Shown: piece by piece, positions 9,763 through 18,303 of the stretch
Layout of the letters: every line of letters begins with the position of its first letter
Position numbering within the stretch: the stretch's first letter is position 1
Sequence record: PZ168832.1
Length of the DNA: 64,000 bases
DNA from: a phage
Strand: one strand, 5' to 3'
Made by a program: the position numbers and the translations under genes
The notes under the pieces: generated by a model
What the model saw: the letters and a program-made list of their open reading frames with translations, nothing else
What the model was told of the DNA's origin: nothing
Database searches by the model: none

Positions 9763-9995
9763 CATCCAATCTTAAAGCCCGTTTGTTATTCATCAAGCCG
9801 CATGTGCCTTATAAGATTAGTAAGCGCACCTGGCTTAACATTTACAACCGCAGCGGCGACCGTTGTTTGTACAAGGCAAAGCGACGCAAGAAGGTATATT
9901 TAAAGGCTGTGGTGTCGCATCCTGTTGATGCATTCCTCGTCGGCGAAAATGAATTATCAATCGGCTATCAAATTGAATTAGGAGTAAAGAAATGA
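9759..9995 (+). CDS. hypothetical small basic protein
   Basis: In-frame ATG of track ORF 9744..9995. Confidence 0.3.
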   Translation: MTSNLKARLLFIKPHVPYKISKRTWLNIYNRSGDRCLYKAKRRKKVYLKAVVSHPVDAFLVGENELSIGYQIELGVKK

Positions 9996-10318
9996 AAATC
10001 GAACAACTCGAAGCATTATTGGAAATGGCTGTAAAGGCAGGCGCAATAAAAAGCTATCGCCGCGAGAAGTCTGACGATGCTGCGCACTTTTGTCGCAACT
10101 TCTATATTGTCGGCAACCTTAACGACCACTACACCATCGAGTGGTATACTAATATGATGACGCTTAAGTCGCGCACCATGGAGCTTTGGTGCGATGACGT
10201 TTGTCTTTCTCATAGCCACCCGTGCTACGACGTTGCGCTTGGATTCTTTTACAAAAGCAACCAGCCAATCGCCCACATCGGAGAGAAGTACGACCACTTG
10301 AAGGAGAAGGTTGAATAA
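9992..10318 (+). CDS. hypothetical protein
   Basis: ORF track. Confidence 0.4.
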   Translation: MKIEQLEALLEMAVKAGAIKSYRREKSDDAAHFCRNFYIVGNLNDHYTIEWYTNMMTLKSRTMELWCDDVCLSHSHPCYDVALGFFYKSNQPIAHIGEKYDHLKEKVE

Positions 10319-10659
10319 TGGAAGAGCAAGAAGGTCGTGAGCTAACGTTCGACGAGCAAATGAAAGAGCTTCAGCGCACATCGCCGCTGCGCGGTAAGAT
10401 TGTTGACATCGAGGCGAGCGAATCCAATCTCACCCAGTGGCGGCTCAAGTGCACCAGCACAAGCAAGGATATGTTAAGCTTCAAAGTCGGTCATACTTAT
10501 TTGCTTTATGAGGCAAAAGGACTTATTATTGATGGAAGGCAAATTGTCTTCACCGTCGTCAACGGCATGCGTTGGTTCGTGAAGCGTGATGTCGAGGGCC
10601 GTGACATGTTTGTCGCAGGCTTTCTAGAAACAAGATTCCAATTGGAGAAGGTTAAATGA
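10318..10659 (+). CDS. hypothetical protein
   Basis: ORF track. Confidence 0.4.
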   Translation: MEEQEGRELTFDEQMKELQRTSPLRGKIVDIEASESNLTQWRLKCTSTSKDMLSFKVGHTYLLYEAKGLIIDGRQIVFTVVNGMRWFVKRDVEGRDMFVAGFLETRFQLEKVK

Positions 10660-10988
10660 AATTGAAATGGTATGTGGACCCTGAGCCGACAGGCCAATAC
10701 AGGTCATTCCAACGTCGCGGCTGGCCGACTTGTTACAGCGGCAATCCCGATAAAGAAGACTGCGAGCTGCTTGCCGCTATCGTAAGCCTCGACCATCACG
10801 GCTATGAAGGCCACTACGCGAGAGCAACCAACCTTCGGCTCAAGGTGCGCATCCATTTCAAGGTCGCAGGCGAGGACCGCACCGGACTCTCCAAGGAAGA
10901 GTTCAGCAGCATCGCCGACGCAAAGGCGTGGCTCAAGGCTTTCTATAAGAACAACCCTAAATTCTATCCAACTAAGGATGCATCATGA
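10656..10988 (+). CDS. hypothetical protein
   Basis: ORF track. Confidence 0.4.
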   Translation: MKLKWYVDPEPTGQYRSFQRRGWPTCYSGNPDKEDCELLAAIVSLDHHGYEGHYARATNLRLKVRIHFKVAGEDRTGLSKEEFSSIADAKAWLKAFYKNNPKFYPTKDAS

Positions 10989-11476
10989 CTAATAAAACTC
11001 AGCGCATCAAGTTCGAAGGCAAAGAATACAAAATAGACGTTCGTGCAAGATTCATTGCGCGCGATTCCAATGGCGGCATTTGGTTGTATGAGTCAAAACC
11101 TGTATGGGAAGAGCGGCGCGGCCAGTGGTTGTACGAGACTTGTGGTTCGGTTTGGTGCGAGCGCATCGACCAAGTGAAGACGTTGAAAAAGAACCGACCA
11201 GCATCACGAGATTCTCTGCAAGAAGTCGAATCAATCAAAATCCAAGACCCAGCAACGTCGACCGATAAACAATACGCAGTCGGGCAACGTGACATCGAGC
11301 AACTCGACGAGGGTGGCTATTATACGCGCCACATCTATGCCATGACTCATGAAGGACTTTACAGCAAGTCAGACATCGCCGCTGAACTGGCTCACCGTGA
11401 CTTGCAAATTGACCTTCTCAAGATAGAAGTGCAAAACTTACGCAACACCCTGTTAAATACTTGGAGCTTAAAATGA
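10985..11476 (+). CDS. hypothetical protein (163 aa)
   Basis: ORF track. Confidence 0.4.
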   Translation: MTNKTQRIKFEGKEYKIDVRARFIARDSNGGIWLYESKPVWEERRGQWLYETCGSVWCERIDQVKTLKKNRPASRDSLQEVESIKIQDPATSTDKQYAVGQRDIEQLDEGGYYTRHIYAMTHEGLYSKSDIAAELAHRDLQIDLLKIEVQNLRNTLLNTWSLK

Positions 11477-11898
11477 TACAACGTTACGACCTGACATATG
11501 ATGTGGTATCAGAAGATTGCGCCATCACTCCCGTTCCAGAGAGTCATGAAGGACGTTTTGTTGAATATGAGGACTATGCTGCGCTGGAAGCGAAATATAG
11601 TGAAGCGCAACGCGAGTTGGTTGCATTACGCTCACAGGTCCGTGATGCGTCGGCGCTTGTTAAGCAGTTGCACGACGTCGTTGCTACTATAGGCGTGGAT
11701 GATGATGCACCGAAGGAGGAAGCGTGGACCGTGTGGCTTGGTGGAGATAATCCGGTGCCTGGGAAGATGGTTGAGTTTGAATTACTCAACGGTTATAAAT
11801 CAAAAGCTGCCGTTCCTTCGGACAGTTTGACATGGGATAAAGTCACAAGCCCGACTGGTGCAAAGATTATTGCCTATCGGGTCGTTAAGGAGGGGTGA
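11473..11898 (+). CDS. hypothetical protein
   Basis: In-frame ATG of track ORF 11461..11898. Confidence 0.4.
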   Translation: MIQRYDLTYDVVSEDCAITPVPESHEGRFVEYEDYAALEAKYSEAQRELVALRSQVRDASALVKQLHDVVATIGVDDDAPKEEAWTVWLGGDNPVPGKMVEFELLNGYKSKAAVPSDSLTWDKVTSPTGAKIIAYRVVKEG

Positions 11899-12347
11899 TG
11901 GGTAAAAAGCTTATCGCCGCTGGTTGGGCCATCCCGAAGTGGGCTCATCGTGCGCACTACTTTGATGAAGGAGAAGTGCAAAGCCTTTGTGGTCGCGCAA
12001 CTTATTTCGGTGATGAGCGCGTCAGCGGCGATTACATCGACTCGCTTTTAGGCAAAGGTGATTGCAAGAAATGTCAGGATATATTAAGAGATATTCTTAC
12101 GCAAAGAGGATTGCTTGAGCTTGATGAATCGGAGGAAGTAATTGAACTTAAGCTTGAAGCGAATTACCTTATTTATACGTTCAAGAACTATTACGCAACT
12201 AATATGCGCTCAAAAATGAGCGAGGAAGTAATAGAAAAGGTGTTCACCTACAATCCGCTAAGGATGAATAAAACTAAATTGAAGAAGTTTAATATAATGT
12301 TAAGGAAAGAATTTAAAAGGCTTGGAGTGAAGAATTTTATATTTTAA
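11895..12347 (+). CDS. hypothetical protein (150 aa), last gene of early operon
   Basis: ORF track; followed by a terminator. Confidence 0.4.
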   Translation: MMGKKLIAAGWAIPKWAHRAHYFDEGEVQSLCGRATYFGDERVSGDYIDSLLGKGDCKKCQDILRDILTQRGLLELDESEEVIELKLEANYLIYTFKNYYATNMRSKMSEEVIEKVFTYNPLRMNKTKLKKFNIMLRKEFKRLGVKNFIF

Positions 12348-12363
12348 TAGTGATTAATGTTAA

Positions 12364-12388
12364 GAGGGCCGATTGGCCCTTTTTGTTT
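12364..12388 (+). terminator. rho-independent terminator ending the early operon
   Basis: agggccgattggccc stem followed by ttttt. Confidence 0.5.
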
Positions 12389-12880
12389 GCCTGTGGAATG
12401 TGAGGCTTTTGTGGTTATTTACGATTCAAGGCTGTAATTTAAGAGAGCGAAAATATTATAATAATTTATCAAGATTATTGCATATTGTGGCAATCAACGT
12501 TTATACGTATTTATGACAGTTTAATCCACTAAATAATACGGATAGAACAGTGAGGAAAATACAGCGGTGTATTTTAGTGTAAATATTGAATCAAAAATAA
12601 ATAATTATGGTGCTATTATATACGCAGATTGTTTGTAATTTATAGGATATTTTATCGTGGAGTATTGGCTAACGGTGCGTTAGCCGTGGGTCTTGGTGCT
12701 TGTGGTGTTGATGCTCAGAATTTTAATAATGTTTTAGTTTTAGTAATCGTAGTCAATGATGATACGTATAAGAAAATGAGAGTCACCCCTTCACAGGATA
12801 TTGTACCGTGGCCCTGTGGTGCGCCGCGCCTGGGATTGCTGGTATACACTGGTGCTATTTTGCCGCGAAGGCAGTCATTC

Positions 12881-13210
12881 ATACGTATCATGACGTATCA
12901 TTGGGCTATTGATTTATAAGGAAAAATACGCTGATACGGATGATACGGGTGCAAACATAATATATATAGAATTCCAGAAAATTAATTAACTCCATTTTGA
13001 ATTAATTTAAATTAATTTTTTTCTACATCCTCATACTTATACTAAACTTATATTTATACGTATCATCCGTAAGATATAAGTAAAAACAAAGACTTGCGGC
13101 AATACGGATGATACGTCATGATACGCTTCAACCAGCCATCTGCGGCTAAGTCATTGATTTGCATAACAAGCGGCGAAAGGGATGGATTTCTTTTATACGT
13201 ATCAAACAGT
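12881..13210. repeat. iteron region A: CCGTATCAT / ATGATACGG copies in alternating orientation around an AT-rich core
   Basis: acgtatcatgacgtatcat (~12883), gatacggatgatacgg (~12933), AT-rich core with gaattc and attaatttaaattaattttttt, cgtatcatccgta (~13059), atacggatgatacgtcatgatacg (~13102), tatacgtatca (~13196). Confidence 0.6.
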
Positions 13211-13339
13211 ACACCACGCACCACGGTCCGCAATCCACGCAGCATTATGATTTGTGTACATTTATAGCCATAATGAACATCAATCTGCACTTGAATATAA
13301 TGTCCATCCATTGTATAATTCACACTATTAATTTGCACT

Positions 13340-13828
13340 ATGGGATTTTGCACTATGAGTCAAGACTATGTAGCGATGCCTGAAGACTTTGAAGACCCGC
13401 GATTTGCAGAGCACAATCAGGCTTTATTCGATGAGTTCATTGACCTTGTTATTCAGGGCCATGACATGCGCGCAGCTTTTGCACTAGTATTTGGAATGGA
13501 AGTTGCAACGGATAACTACACTGGACAGCGAATCCTTTGCGCGCAACGCAACCCATACTACAAAATGCGCTTCAAAAAGCGTATGGAAGAGATGCCACTC
13601 AAGGATTTGTGGAGCGTAAAAGGTGCAATTCACAATTTGGTTAAGCTTGTGCGTGATCCAGAAGTCGCGGCGTCAGCCAAGCTTAATGCTATTCGCGAAC
13701 TGAATATCATCTACGGCATCACGATGATTGATGAAAACGGCAATAGTAAAATGGGCCGTTCCATGGACGATTTCTACAAGGATTTTGGAGAGGCAGCCAA
13801 AGAAGGCGAGCAATTCTCCCGCCACTAG
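13340..13828 (+). CDS. possible terminase small subunit (alternatively a DNA-binding regulator)
   Basis: 162 aa; FIDLVIQGHDMRAAFALVFG...AQRNPYYKMRF resembles the helix-turn-helix region of small terminase families (from memory); flanked by the 12-mer array. Confidence 0.4.
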   Translation: MGFCTMSQDYVAMPEDFEDPRFAEHNQALFDEFIDLVIQGHDMRAAFALVFGMEVATDNYTGQRILCAQRNPYYKMRFKKRMEEMPLKDLWSVKGAIHNLVKLVRDPEVAASAKLNAIRELNIIYGITMIDENGNSKMGRSMDDFYKDFGEAAKEGEQFSRH

Positions 13829-13845
13829 CCAATTTGCACTATAAA

Positions 13846-13880
13846 ACGGCCCTAGAACACATCTTCTCCACTTCTAGGGC
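13846..13880 (+). terminator. perfect 10-bp inverted repeat (ggccctagaa ... ttctagggcc), probable terminator
   Basis: Directly after the 13340..13828 stop; no strong T-run. Confidence 0.35.
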
Positions 13881-13942
13881 CGTCGGTAATACGACGGGGA
13901 AGGTTGCAACCGTAAACGCGTTAGAAAGTGTATTATTATAAG

Positions 13943-14206
13943 TCATCTTTTAGTCACCTTACGTAACAATTTACGACCTTCAGCCGTCCAATCGAACGAC
14001 TCCACCAGCAGATTCGCACTATAACCTAAGATGATGCGCCCTTTCTCGTTATCGACCCGCCAACAAGTCTCGAATAGCATTCGATTTGCACTATTAACTA
14101 TCGCCGCAACGCGCGTAGGGTAAACGCAATTTGCACTATGGTCATAAAGGGATAAGGTGCGACCACTTCCGATGGACAACGTAGCGATGAGAATGAGCGT
14201 ATTCAT
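13943..14206 (-). CDS. hypothetical protein (87 aa), island gene
   Basis: ORF track; CpG-rich codon usage; contains two 12-mer copies. Confidence 0.35.
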   Translation of the reverse strand: MNTLILIATLSIGSGRTLSLYDHSANCVYPTRVAAIVNSANRMLFETCWRVDNEKGRIILGYSANLLVESFDWTAEGRKLLRKVTKR

Positions 14207-14256
14207 AAGCCACCAATTTGCACTATGAAAAGCGACCCCGAAGGGCCGCCATTCGA

Positions 14257-14883
14257 TTAGATAATCTGGAAGGTGTAGGACTTGTTGCCGAACTCGAAGT
14301 TCAAGCGCCCAGCTTCCTTAAGCTTCATGCGGAAGCGAATATGTTTGCTATCCGGTAAGCCCAGCGCGGCGAACGCTACGCGGACCGATTTGAACTCTCC
14401 TACACCCTCGACCATAACGCCGTTACGGGTAAGACGCTTTTGCGCCACTTCCTTATTATCCCAACTTTTTGCAATGCCTTCGCTATTCGAACGGCGATGG
14501 GAAGGAGTTCCGTTTTGCACTACGCAATTTGCACTATCGTTTAAACCGCTCTTAACGAAGGCTTCATACTCTTCGTCGGTCATCGCGTCGAGTTCTTCCT
14601 GCGTCGGCTCGGCCTTTTTAACGACCGCACGCGCCTTATGCGTTTTTACATCGCTGGACACTTCCTCGCGCGGCTTCGCGTCGGGGATGGGCGATTCGTT
14701 GGACGGCTCATCGAGCGCGTTTAAGGACTCGATTAACGCGATTACGCGAGTCTCGGCGGTCCGGCGGTCCGAAAACTTCTTAATCGGTTTTGAGCCGGAA
14801 TTTGCATTATAGAATGCAACGAGGTCGGCGGTCTTAGTTGCGATAACGTCGCCGCTAGTCGAGAAGCGATTTAAGCTAACCAT
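14257..14883 (-). CDS. hypothetical protein (208 aa) with acidic central segment, island gene
   Basis: ORF track; EPTQEELDAMTDEEYEAF; unusually NCG-codon-rich. Confidence 0.45.
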   Translation of the reverse strand: MVSLNRFSTSGDVIATKTADLVAFYNANSGSKPIKKFSDRRTAETRVIALIESLNALDEPSNESPIPDAKPREEVSSDVKTHKARAVVKKAEPTQEELDAMTDEEYEAFVKSGLNDSANCVVQNGTPSHRRSNSEGIAKSWDNKEVAQKRLTRNGVMVEGVGEFKSVRVAFAALGLPDSKHIRFRMKLKEAGRLNFEFGNKSYTFQII

Positions 14884-14963
14884 AATAAACTCCTATTTGT
14901 TAGGGCGCTAGGCGCGAAAGAATTTTATTAAAGCGCCGCGCACGACGCTCTAAAAATCCTCTC

Positions 14964-15248
14964 TTACGCTTCGACGAGGGAGAAGGTTTCAAATTCTTCT
15001 TCTCCCATAACGAGTAAAATATTCCCGATTTCGACCGCTTCGAAGAAGTATCCGTTAACGTTTACTTCGAATGATTCGCGGTCCGATTCCGGTAACGCCG
15101 CGTAAAGTTTAAAAGCCTCGGCGACCGTTACCCCACCCGCTTCAATAGTTTGATCTACGTTCGCGGCGTAGACTTCGGATAAATTTTGTTTTACGCCGTA
15201 GTTCTCGACGATAGCGTTACGGATAGAAGAAACGTTAAGAATAGCCAT
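14964..15248 (-). CDS. small acidic protein, paralogue family member 1 (94 aa)
   Basis: About 16 D/E versus 4 K/R; SEVYAANVDQTIE and FEVNVNGYFFEAVEIGN align with YLSNVDATIE and YRVTINGFVYTITEIGG of 15880..16170. Confidence 0.5.
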   Translation of the reverse strand: MAILNVSSIRNAIVENYGVKQNLSEVYAANVDQTIEAGGVTVAEAFKLYAALPESDRESFEVNVNGYFFEAVEIGNILLVMGEEEFETFSLVEA

Positions 15249-15316
15249 TTTAAACTCCTAGTTGGGATAGGCGTTAACGACCTATTCGTTAACTCATCCC
15301 GTCCCGATATGAGTAC

Positions 15317-15344
15317 ATTATAATATAGTGTAGAAAAAAGTAAA
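15317..15344 (-). promoter_or_regulatory. promoter-leader cassette, copy 1 (minus strand): TTTACT, spacer, TATAAT, leader gtactcatatcgggacggg
   Basis: Reverse complement of the divergent region matches the two plus-strand cassette copies. Confidence 0.4.
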
Positions 15345-15388
15345 GCACTTTTTCGATAAAAATGCGATAAATTATTTTATCTTTTTTC

Positions 15389-15433
15389 TTTACTTCTTCG
15401 TACACTCGCGTATACTTGTTTATATCGAGACGG
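15389..15433 (+). promoter_or_regulatory. promoter-leader cassette, copy 2: TTTACT (16 bp) TATACT, leader gtttatatcgagacggg
   Basis: ctttacttcttcgtacactcgcgtatacttgtttatatcgagacggg upstream of ATG 15472. Confidence 0.45.
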
Positions 15434-15471
15434 GCGATGGCCTTTCTTCTACTAGCATCGGGAGCTTTATT

Positions 15472-15774
15472 ATGACTACTTTGATCTCTTCCATCCTTAC
15501 TTACGACGAAGACCGCTTAACCGTTCGCTCTCTTATCGCCGCCGTTAACGCGGAACTAGAATCTAGCGCCATTAAGGTCCGCGCGGTCGCCTTCATCGGC
15601 CTTTCCTTCGACGATATGAAGTACGCCGAACGTAGCGCCATCCGCTTCACGAAGACCGACGACGAAGCCGTTACCCTTATCGAGACGGTTACGCCGCGCG
15701 ACGAAGCGTTAATTATCATCGAGTATATCGATATAGAAGGTGATAAAGCTTATAAATATTTTATCGCAAAATAA
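15472..15774 (+). CDS. small acidic protein (100 aa), island gene
   Basis: ORF track; driven by cassette copy 2. Confidence 0.45.
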   Translation: MTTLISSILTYDEDRLTVRSLIAAVNAELESSAIKVRAVAFIGLSFDDMKYAERSAIRFTKTDDEAVTLIETVTPRDEALIIIEYIDIEGDKAYKYFIAK

Positions 15775-15785
15775 CGAAAAATTGC

Positions 15786-15830
15786 TTTACTTATTCGTAC
15801 ACTAAGACTATAATGTTTATATCGAGAGGG
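15786..15830 (+). promoter_or_regulatory. promoter-leader cassette, copy 3: TTTACT (17 bp) TATAAT, leader gtttatatcgagaggg
   Basis: gctttacttattcgtacactaagactataatgtttatatcgagaggg upstream of ATG 15880. Confidence 0.45.
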
Positions 15831-15879
15831 ATGAGGAAGCGAATAGGTCGCTACCCTCCCGACTAACTAGGAGAATATT

Positions 15880-16170
15880 ATGATTACTTTATCCGCTATC
15901 CGCGCCGCTCGCGTCGAAACTTCCGAAAACTCTAATGTATTTGGCGAAACCTTAGAGAGCGTTTATCTCTCTAACGTAGACGCGACTATCGAGTCTATTT
16001 ATGAACCGATCAACTTCCTCGACCTTTACAAGTATCGCGACGAGGACGTAGCATCCTACCGCGTAACGATTAACGGCTTCGTCTATACGATTACCGAAAT
16101 CGGCGGCGAATATCTCGCGATCCCGCAACTCGGCGGAGAAGTGACTTATTTTAAAATCGTAAGCCTTTAA
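15880..16170 (+). CDS. small acidic protein, paralogue family member 2 (96 aa)
   Basis: Alignable to 14964..15248 product; about 15 D/E versus 6 K/R. Confidence 0.5.
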   Translation: MITLSAIRAARVETSENSNVFGETLESVYLSNVDATIESIYEPINFLDLYKYRDEDVASYRVTINGFVYTITEIGGEYLAIPQLGGEVTYFKIVSL

Positions 16171-16181
16171 GGAGAAGAAAA

Positions 16182-16391
16182 ATGACTAATATGAATAACT
16201 CTCTTAACGCGCGCGCCCATCGTACCGCCGTCATCGATATGTTCCGCGAACTTAAGGAATTATGCGATAATATGAACGCGATGTTATCCATCGGCGGCTG
16301 GGGATACGAAGAAGAGGTTAAATACGCGGTTATGCGTCGTAAGCGCGATAACGTCCTGGGACAAATTAAACGCGCCGGATTATTCCTTTAA
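16182..16391 (+). CDS. hypothetical small protein (69 aa)
   Basis: ORF track; aggag RBS. Confidence 0.4.
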   Translation: MTNMNNSLNARAHRTAVIDMFRELKELCDNMNAMLSIGGWGYEEEVKYAVMRRKRDNVLGQIKRAGLFL

Positions 16392-16416
16392 TTATAATTA
16401 CCCACCGTTACTAATA

Positions 16417-16440
16417 GGCCGCGCTTAGTCGCGGCTTTTC
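16417..16440 (+). terminator. rho-independent terminator (ggccgcgcttagtcgcggc plus tttt)
   Basis: Read directly after 16182..16391. Confidence 0.45.
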
Positions 16441-16561
16441 TTCGTCCCTATTTCGATGCGCTTCTCCGCGAAAACTCCTTTATCCTTCCCTTCGTCGTCG
16501 CATAATCTTCTTCGAGATGCTCCTTAGTTCGCATAACAGGTATTACGTTAAATGGAGAACA

Positions 16562-16823
16562 TCGCGTAAGTCCTTGTTTTATATAGACACCTATATCGGA
16601 CCGTTAGGGCGGGTCGCGTAAGTCGTTGTTTTATAAAGGCGCAAAACTTTCCCTTCGTTCCGAACTAAAACGAGGAATATGCCGACCCTTCGTCCGAAAA
16701 TAGTACGCATGCGAAATTACATGCATCTAGAATAATCCCCACCGATATTATCCTACACGCAATCATTCGCTTTCGAATCATTATGCTTCATATTGTTATG
16801 CGTCAAATCATTCGCTTTCGAAT
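16562..16823. repeat. direct repeats in an ORF-poor region: tcgcgtaagtc(c/g)ttgttttata x2 and atcattcgctttcgaat x2
   Basis: Copies at about 16562/16614 and 16762/16807; the second contains palindrome attcg-cttt-cgaat. Confidence 0.4.
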
Positions 16824-17095
16824 TGTAACGCTGGAAACTGTAACGGCTATTGATTATTGCGTTCGTGTGGTTTTTATGGCATGGGTCTTTTGGTGCGTTT
16901 TGGTACTTGATGGAATTTGCGGTACACTAATCAAAATACGACACATTTGGTCCACTAACTTTTCAAAGAAAAAGTCCCAGACAGTACCGTACTATTTTGT
17001 ACCCACAGTAAATTTGCAGTACACTCCTGCGCGGCAGGCAAAATAAAGGGCCGCCACAGCGACCCACGATTCACGGTTAAATCAACAAGCACCCA

Positions 17096-17542
17096 CTATT
17101 CACTCTTATGGGCATCACCAAAGCCATCCGCAATCTGGCTGATCAGCGATTCAATGGACACAGTTTTACCAATTGATCGAGCGGTAATAGCAAGCATATT
17201 ATCAATCAAACCATGATTGGATGCATATGATCCAGGTTTTGAATCATCTTCAGAACAACCAAAAAGCTGGTCGCGCAGACTTTCAAGAGAACGCTCAATA
17301 TTTTCCAACTTCTCTTCTAAATCGGATTGGCGACGTAAAACCCACGTCAAGTCACGGTTGCCAACTTCCAATCCATCAGAATAGCAAGGTGGAGCGTCAA
17401 TTTTGATGCTGGAACCAAAAGCAATGCCGCTGCCTTTAGTATATGTGTGACTCATAGAATCATTTTTATTTGACATATCGTTACCTTCAATATTTGGGTG
17501 ATTAACAATAAGTATAATAAAGCCGCATAGCGCGGCATTCAA
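17096..17542 (-). CDS. hypothetical protein (start possibly at internal MSNKND)
   Basis: ORF track. Confidence 0.4.
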   Translation of the reverse strand: MNAALCGFIILIVNHPNIEGNDMSNKNDSMSHTYTKGSGIAFGSSIKIDAPPCYSDGLEVGNRDLTWVLRRQSDLEEKLENIERSLESLRDQLFGCSEDDSKPGSYASNHGLIDNMLAITARSIGKTVSIESLISQIADGFGDAHKSE

Positions 17543-17551
17543 ATCGATTTA

Positions 17552-17800
17552 TTAATTGTGACGATTGGATTCATCAATCGATACCAATTGTGCAGGGTCG
17601 CCGGATACAGTTGCGCCGATGATGCCCATCTGAGAGAAAAATTCTGAATAAACTTCCTTCCAGTACTTACGCGCTGCTTTCTGGGCTTGTCCTTTGCGCT
17701 TGAAGCTTTTGCCTTGAAAGATGAAACGGTCTTTTGGCGCGGAATACTCCACCACACCTTCCAGCCATTGTAAGAATGCTACTGATTCATTTTGATTCAT
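17552..17800 (-). CDS. hypothetical protein (82 aa)
   Basis: ORF track. Confidence 0.35.
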   Translation of the reverse strand: MNQNESVAFLQWLEGVVEYSAPKDRFIFQGKSFKRKGQAQKAARKYWKEVYSEFFSQMGIIGATVSGDPAQLVSIDESNRHN

Positions 17801-17807
17801 ATAATCC

Positions 17808-18209
17808 TCAATATTTTAATAAGAAAGCGCCCAACCAACTTTCCTCAATCTCGCGGCCAGTAGCCACACGGTCGGTCTTTGCTATGGGTCTGGATTCGCC
17901 GCAGGGTAATCCGTCTTGTAGCTGTGTACTATTGCCAATTCTCACCAAAACCTTTCCATCAGGGTCGATATAAGCGCGACAACCCATGATTTCGAGTCGC
18001 TGTAGACACTGGCGAATCGTTTTCAGCTTCTCACCGGACCGGATAGAGCGTGGTCGCGACCGCGACCGCTGACCGTTCTTATTCACTGTACGCTTGAAAA
18101 CCGGAATATCATTGGTGCGTTGTGGCTTGGGTCGGTAGTAGGCTTCTTCACCAGGAGTTGCGCCTGGTGTCAGTTCGCGCTTAAGCGCCTTTTCGATATC
18201 GATGATCAT
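17808..18209 (-). CDS. hypothetical basic protein (133 aa)
   Basis: ORF track; Arg/Ser-rich segment. Confidence 0.4.
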   Translation of the reverse strand: MIIDIEKALKRELTPGATPGEEAYYRPKPQRTNDIPVFKRTVNKNGQRSRSRPRSIRSGEKLKTIRQCLQRLEIMGCRAYIDPDGKVLVRIGNSTQLQDGLPCGESRPIAKTDRVATGREIEESWLGAFLLKY

Positions 18210-18303
18210 AATTCATGCCGCAGCAGCATGGATGATTGCGTAAACAATTCCAAACAGGGCGACAACACAAACAGTGCCCCAAAATGCAAAGCGTCGTGAC
18301 TCT

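Larger units (their letters stand above)
13330..14810 (+). repeat. array of at least 8 same-orientation copies of AATTTGCACTAT (one variant AATTTGCATTAT)
   Basis: Copies at about 13330, 13345, 13831, 14083, 14128, 14215, 14512/14526, 14799; related AATTTGC(G/A)GTACACT at about 16914 and 17010. Confidence 0.6.

Noticed and set aside
12629-12919. 96 aa ORF inside the AT-rich iteron region A
   Set aside because: Lies in repeat-rich, low-complexity DNA with no RBS and odd composition; more likely noncoding.
12881-13210. Possible CRISPR array suggested by the repeated CCGTATCAT units
   Set aside because: Units are 9-16 bp, in mixed orientation, without regularly sized unique spacers; not CRISPR-like.
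16755-16830. tRNA-like TTCGAAT (T-loop-like) sequence
   Set aside because: Flanking sequence does not form a T-stem or acceptor stem; it is part of a duplicated palindrome, not a tRNA.
16783-17046. 87 aa ORF in the repeat-rich stretch right of the island
   Set aside because: Hydrophobic low-complexity translation spanning direct repeats, no RBS; treated as spurious.
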